64,000 bases of DNA. It comes from Carcharhinus amblyrhynchos. Its lineage: Eukaryota. The notes beneath the pieces were generated by a model that worked only from the letters and a program-made list of their open reading frames with translations, did not search any database and was not told where the DNA came from. Positions 62,703-64,000 of the stretch are shown in pieces; the stretch's first letter is position 1; every line of letters begins with the position of its first letter. The position numbers and the translations under genes were made by a program. Location of the stretch: the NCBI GenBank assembly GCA_965287045.1, contig OZ336876.1:22196001-22260000 (forward strand). The letters are read 5' to 3'.

Positions 62703-63739
62703 CTTGCCCTCCTCACACCTTGCAGGAAAAGAGTACTAAACAACAGGGATTGCCGACAGCTTCACAGAGGAGTGTTTGTGGGTAAGTCAAATCTCAGCAT
62801 GCCAGGCTATTGGAGCTGCGGAGATGGGCCCTCTGGTGACAGGATTAAATATCACACAGCAGCATGGCATATAGCACTCACCAATGTCAGCGGGCACTAA
62901 AAGATGATGATTAGCTTAACCCCTTTTTAGCATGACAGTTCTATCTCACGCGTTTCAGTTTCCACCGACTCATCAAATGCTTCTCCTGCTAGTCGAGGTG
63001 GAGGAGGAGGGTGAATGCTCCTCAGGGGAGGTCACTCACTCTGAGGATGCACCATCATAGGAGTCATTTAGACCATGCACCAGCTCAGAGACACGCAGTT
63101 CGGTGTGAATAGCAAGATAGATCGTTGTGTTCTCATGTCATCAATCGCACAAAAAACGTCACTTGGAGCCGATGTTGGAAACAGGGACAGCACTGGAAAA
63201 TTCCCATAGAAGACTTCAGGACTTTAGTCAGTTGGGTTCACATGCTAAGCTCTGGTGGCCATAGATTAAAAGGTAATTCTGGAGTGACACTTGGCAGCTA
63301 CATTGTCCAGGTTTGAAGAGACATTGGAGCAGTCTGCCTCAACTATGAGTGTCATGCTATCATTGGTCAAATACATCGAACACAGAGTACATCACATGAG
63401 TGCACACTTGCCCTCATCGGTGGCTGGCAAACTCTCAATGCCTCTTAAACAGGATTAACAAAAACCTTATCCTTTCGTGATCTATTGAAGTGCAGCAAAG
63501 AGTTCTCTAGATCTGGACTAACTGTGAAATGTGGCCAGACCATAAGACAAAAGATGGTGAACGAAGACATGGAAGTCGGGACTCTCCTCAAAGCTTCATT
63601 CACTTGTTTCCCCTTCTCCCGTCCCCGTTCAGAGTAACTCATACTGCCACCTGGTGCGATGGCCAACTCTGCCCCTGCGCAGGTACATGTCCTGCAGTCT
63701 GTGGTAGGGCCCTCATAGCCTCCAAAACCCAATGGAAAA

Positions 63740-64000
63740 GAGGATCTACTGCACTCACACCTTCTTCCTCCTGCAGCTCCTGTCCTCACTATTGCACTGT
63801 GTTGAGCAGGTGTGCAGCACTTCACACATTCTCTACGTTTGGGCTGGTGCAGACTCAAGGGCATCCTTAGATCTATCCAACCACCTAAAACATCTACAGC
63901 TTGAAGACAGCTCTTTTGGTTAATGGCTTTGATTGTATCACTCTTGGACATTGCTGTCTGGGCTCCTAATCATGTCATCAGCCACATCTTCAATAGTTTA
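63740..64000 (-). pseudogene. PIF/Harbinger (HARBI1-like DDE_Tnp_4) transposase C-terminal relic
   Basis: Reverse strand gives LKMWLMT / IRSPDSNVQE*YNQSH / CFRWLDRSKDALESAP, matching the WLMTP...YN.SH...RFRCLDRSGG.L pattern; stops and frameshifts present. Confidence 0.7.

Overview
Eukaryotic, repeat-dominated window, most likely from an elasmobranch (shark) genome, judged from HE1/V-type tRNA-SINEs, CR1 LINEs with (TTCTATG)n/(TTCTTATG)n tails, an LF-SINE and a 69-bp satellite. Nearly all listed ORFs are transposon fragments or their antisense shadows. Host-gene signal is limited to two candidate + strand coding exons (9175-9231 and a terminal exon 33741-33899) of an unidentified gene. The main repeats are many CR1 copies, a full-length but decayed Tx1-clade element (14365-21977, -) inside a Gypsy LTR, Gypsy pol relics, a tRNA/Deu-SINE-headed ORF1-less LINE, PIF/Harbinger relics and MITEs, RTE relics, and Penelope-like termini with hammerhead motifs. 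The most unusual structures are: (1) a SINE-like element with two U2-snRNA-derived heads; (2) a head-to-head Tx1+CR1 block flanked by one 58-bp duplication; (3) an internally deleted CR1 with an open ORF1-RT fusion; (4) a TGTTG...CAACA palindrome with a 4-bp TSD; (5) a fold-back Penelope/hammerhead insertion with a 13-bp TSD. All calls were made by eye without database searches, and boundaries of old repeats are approximate.
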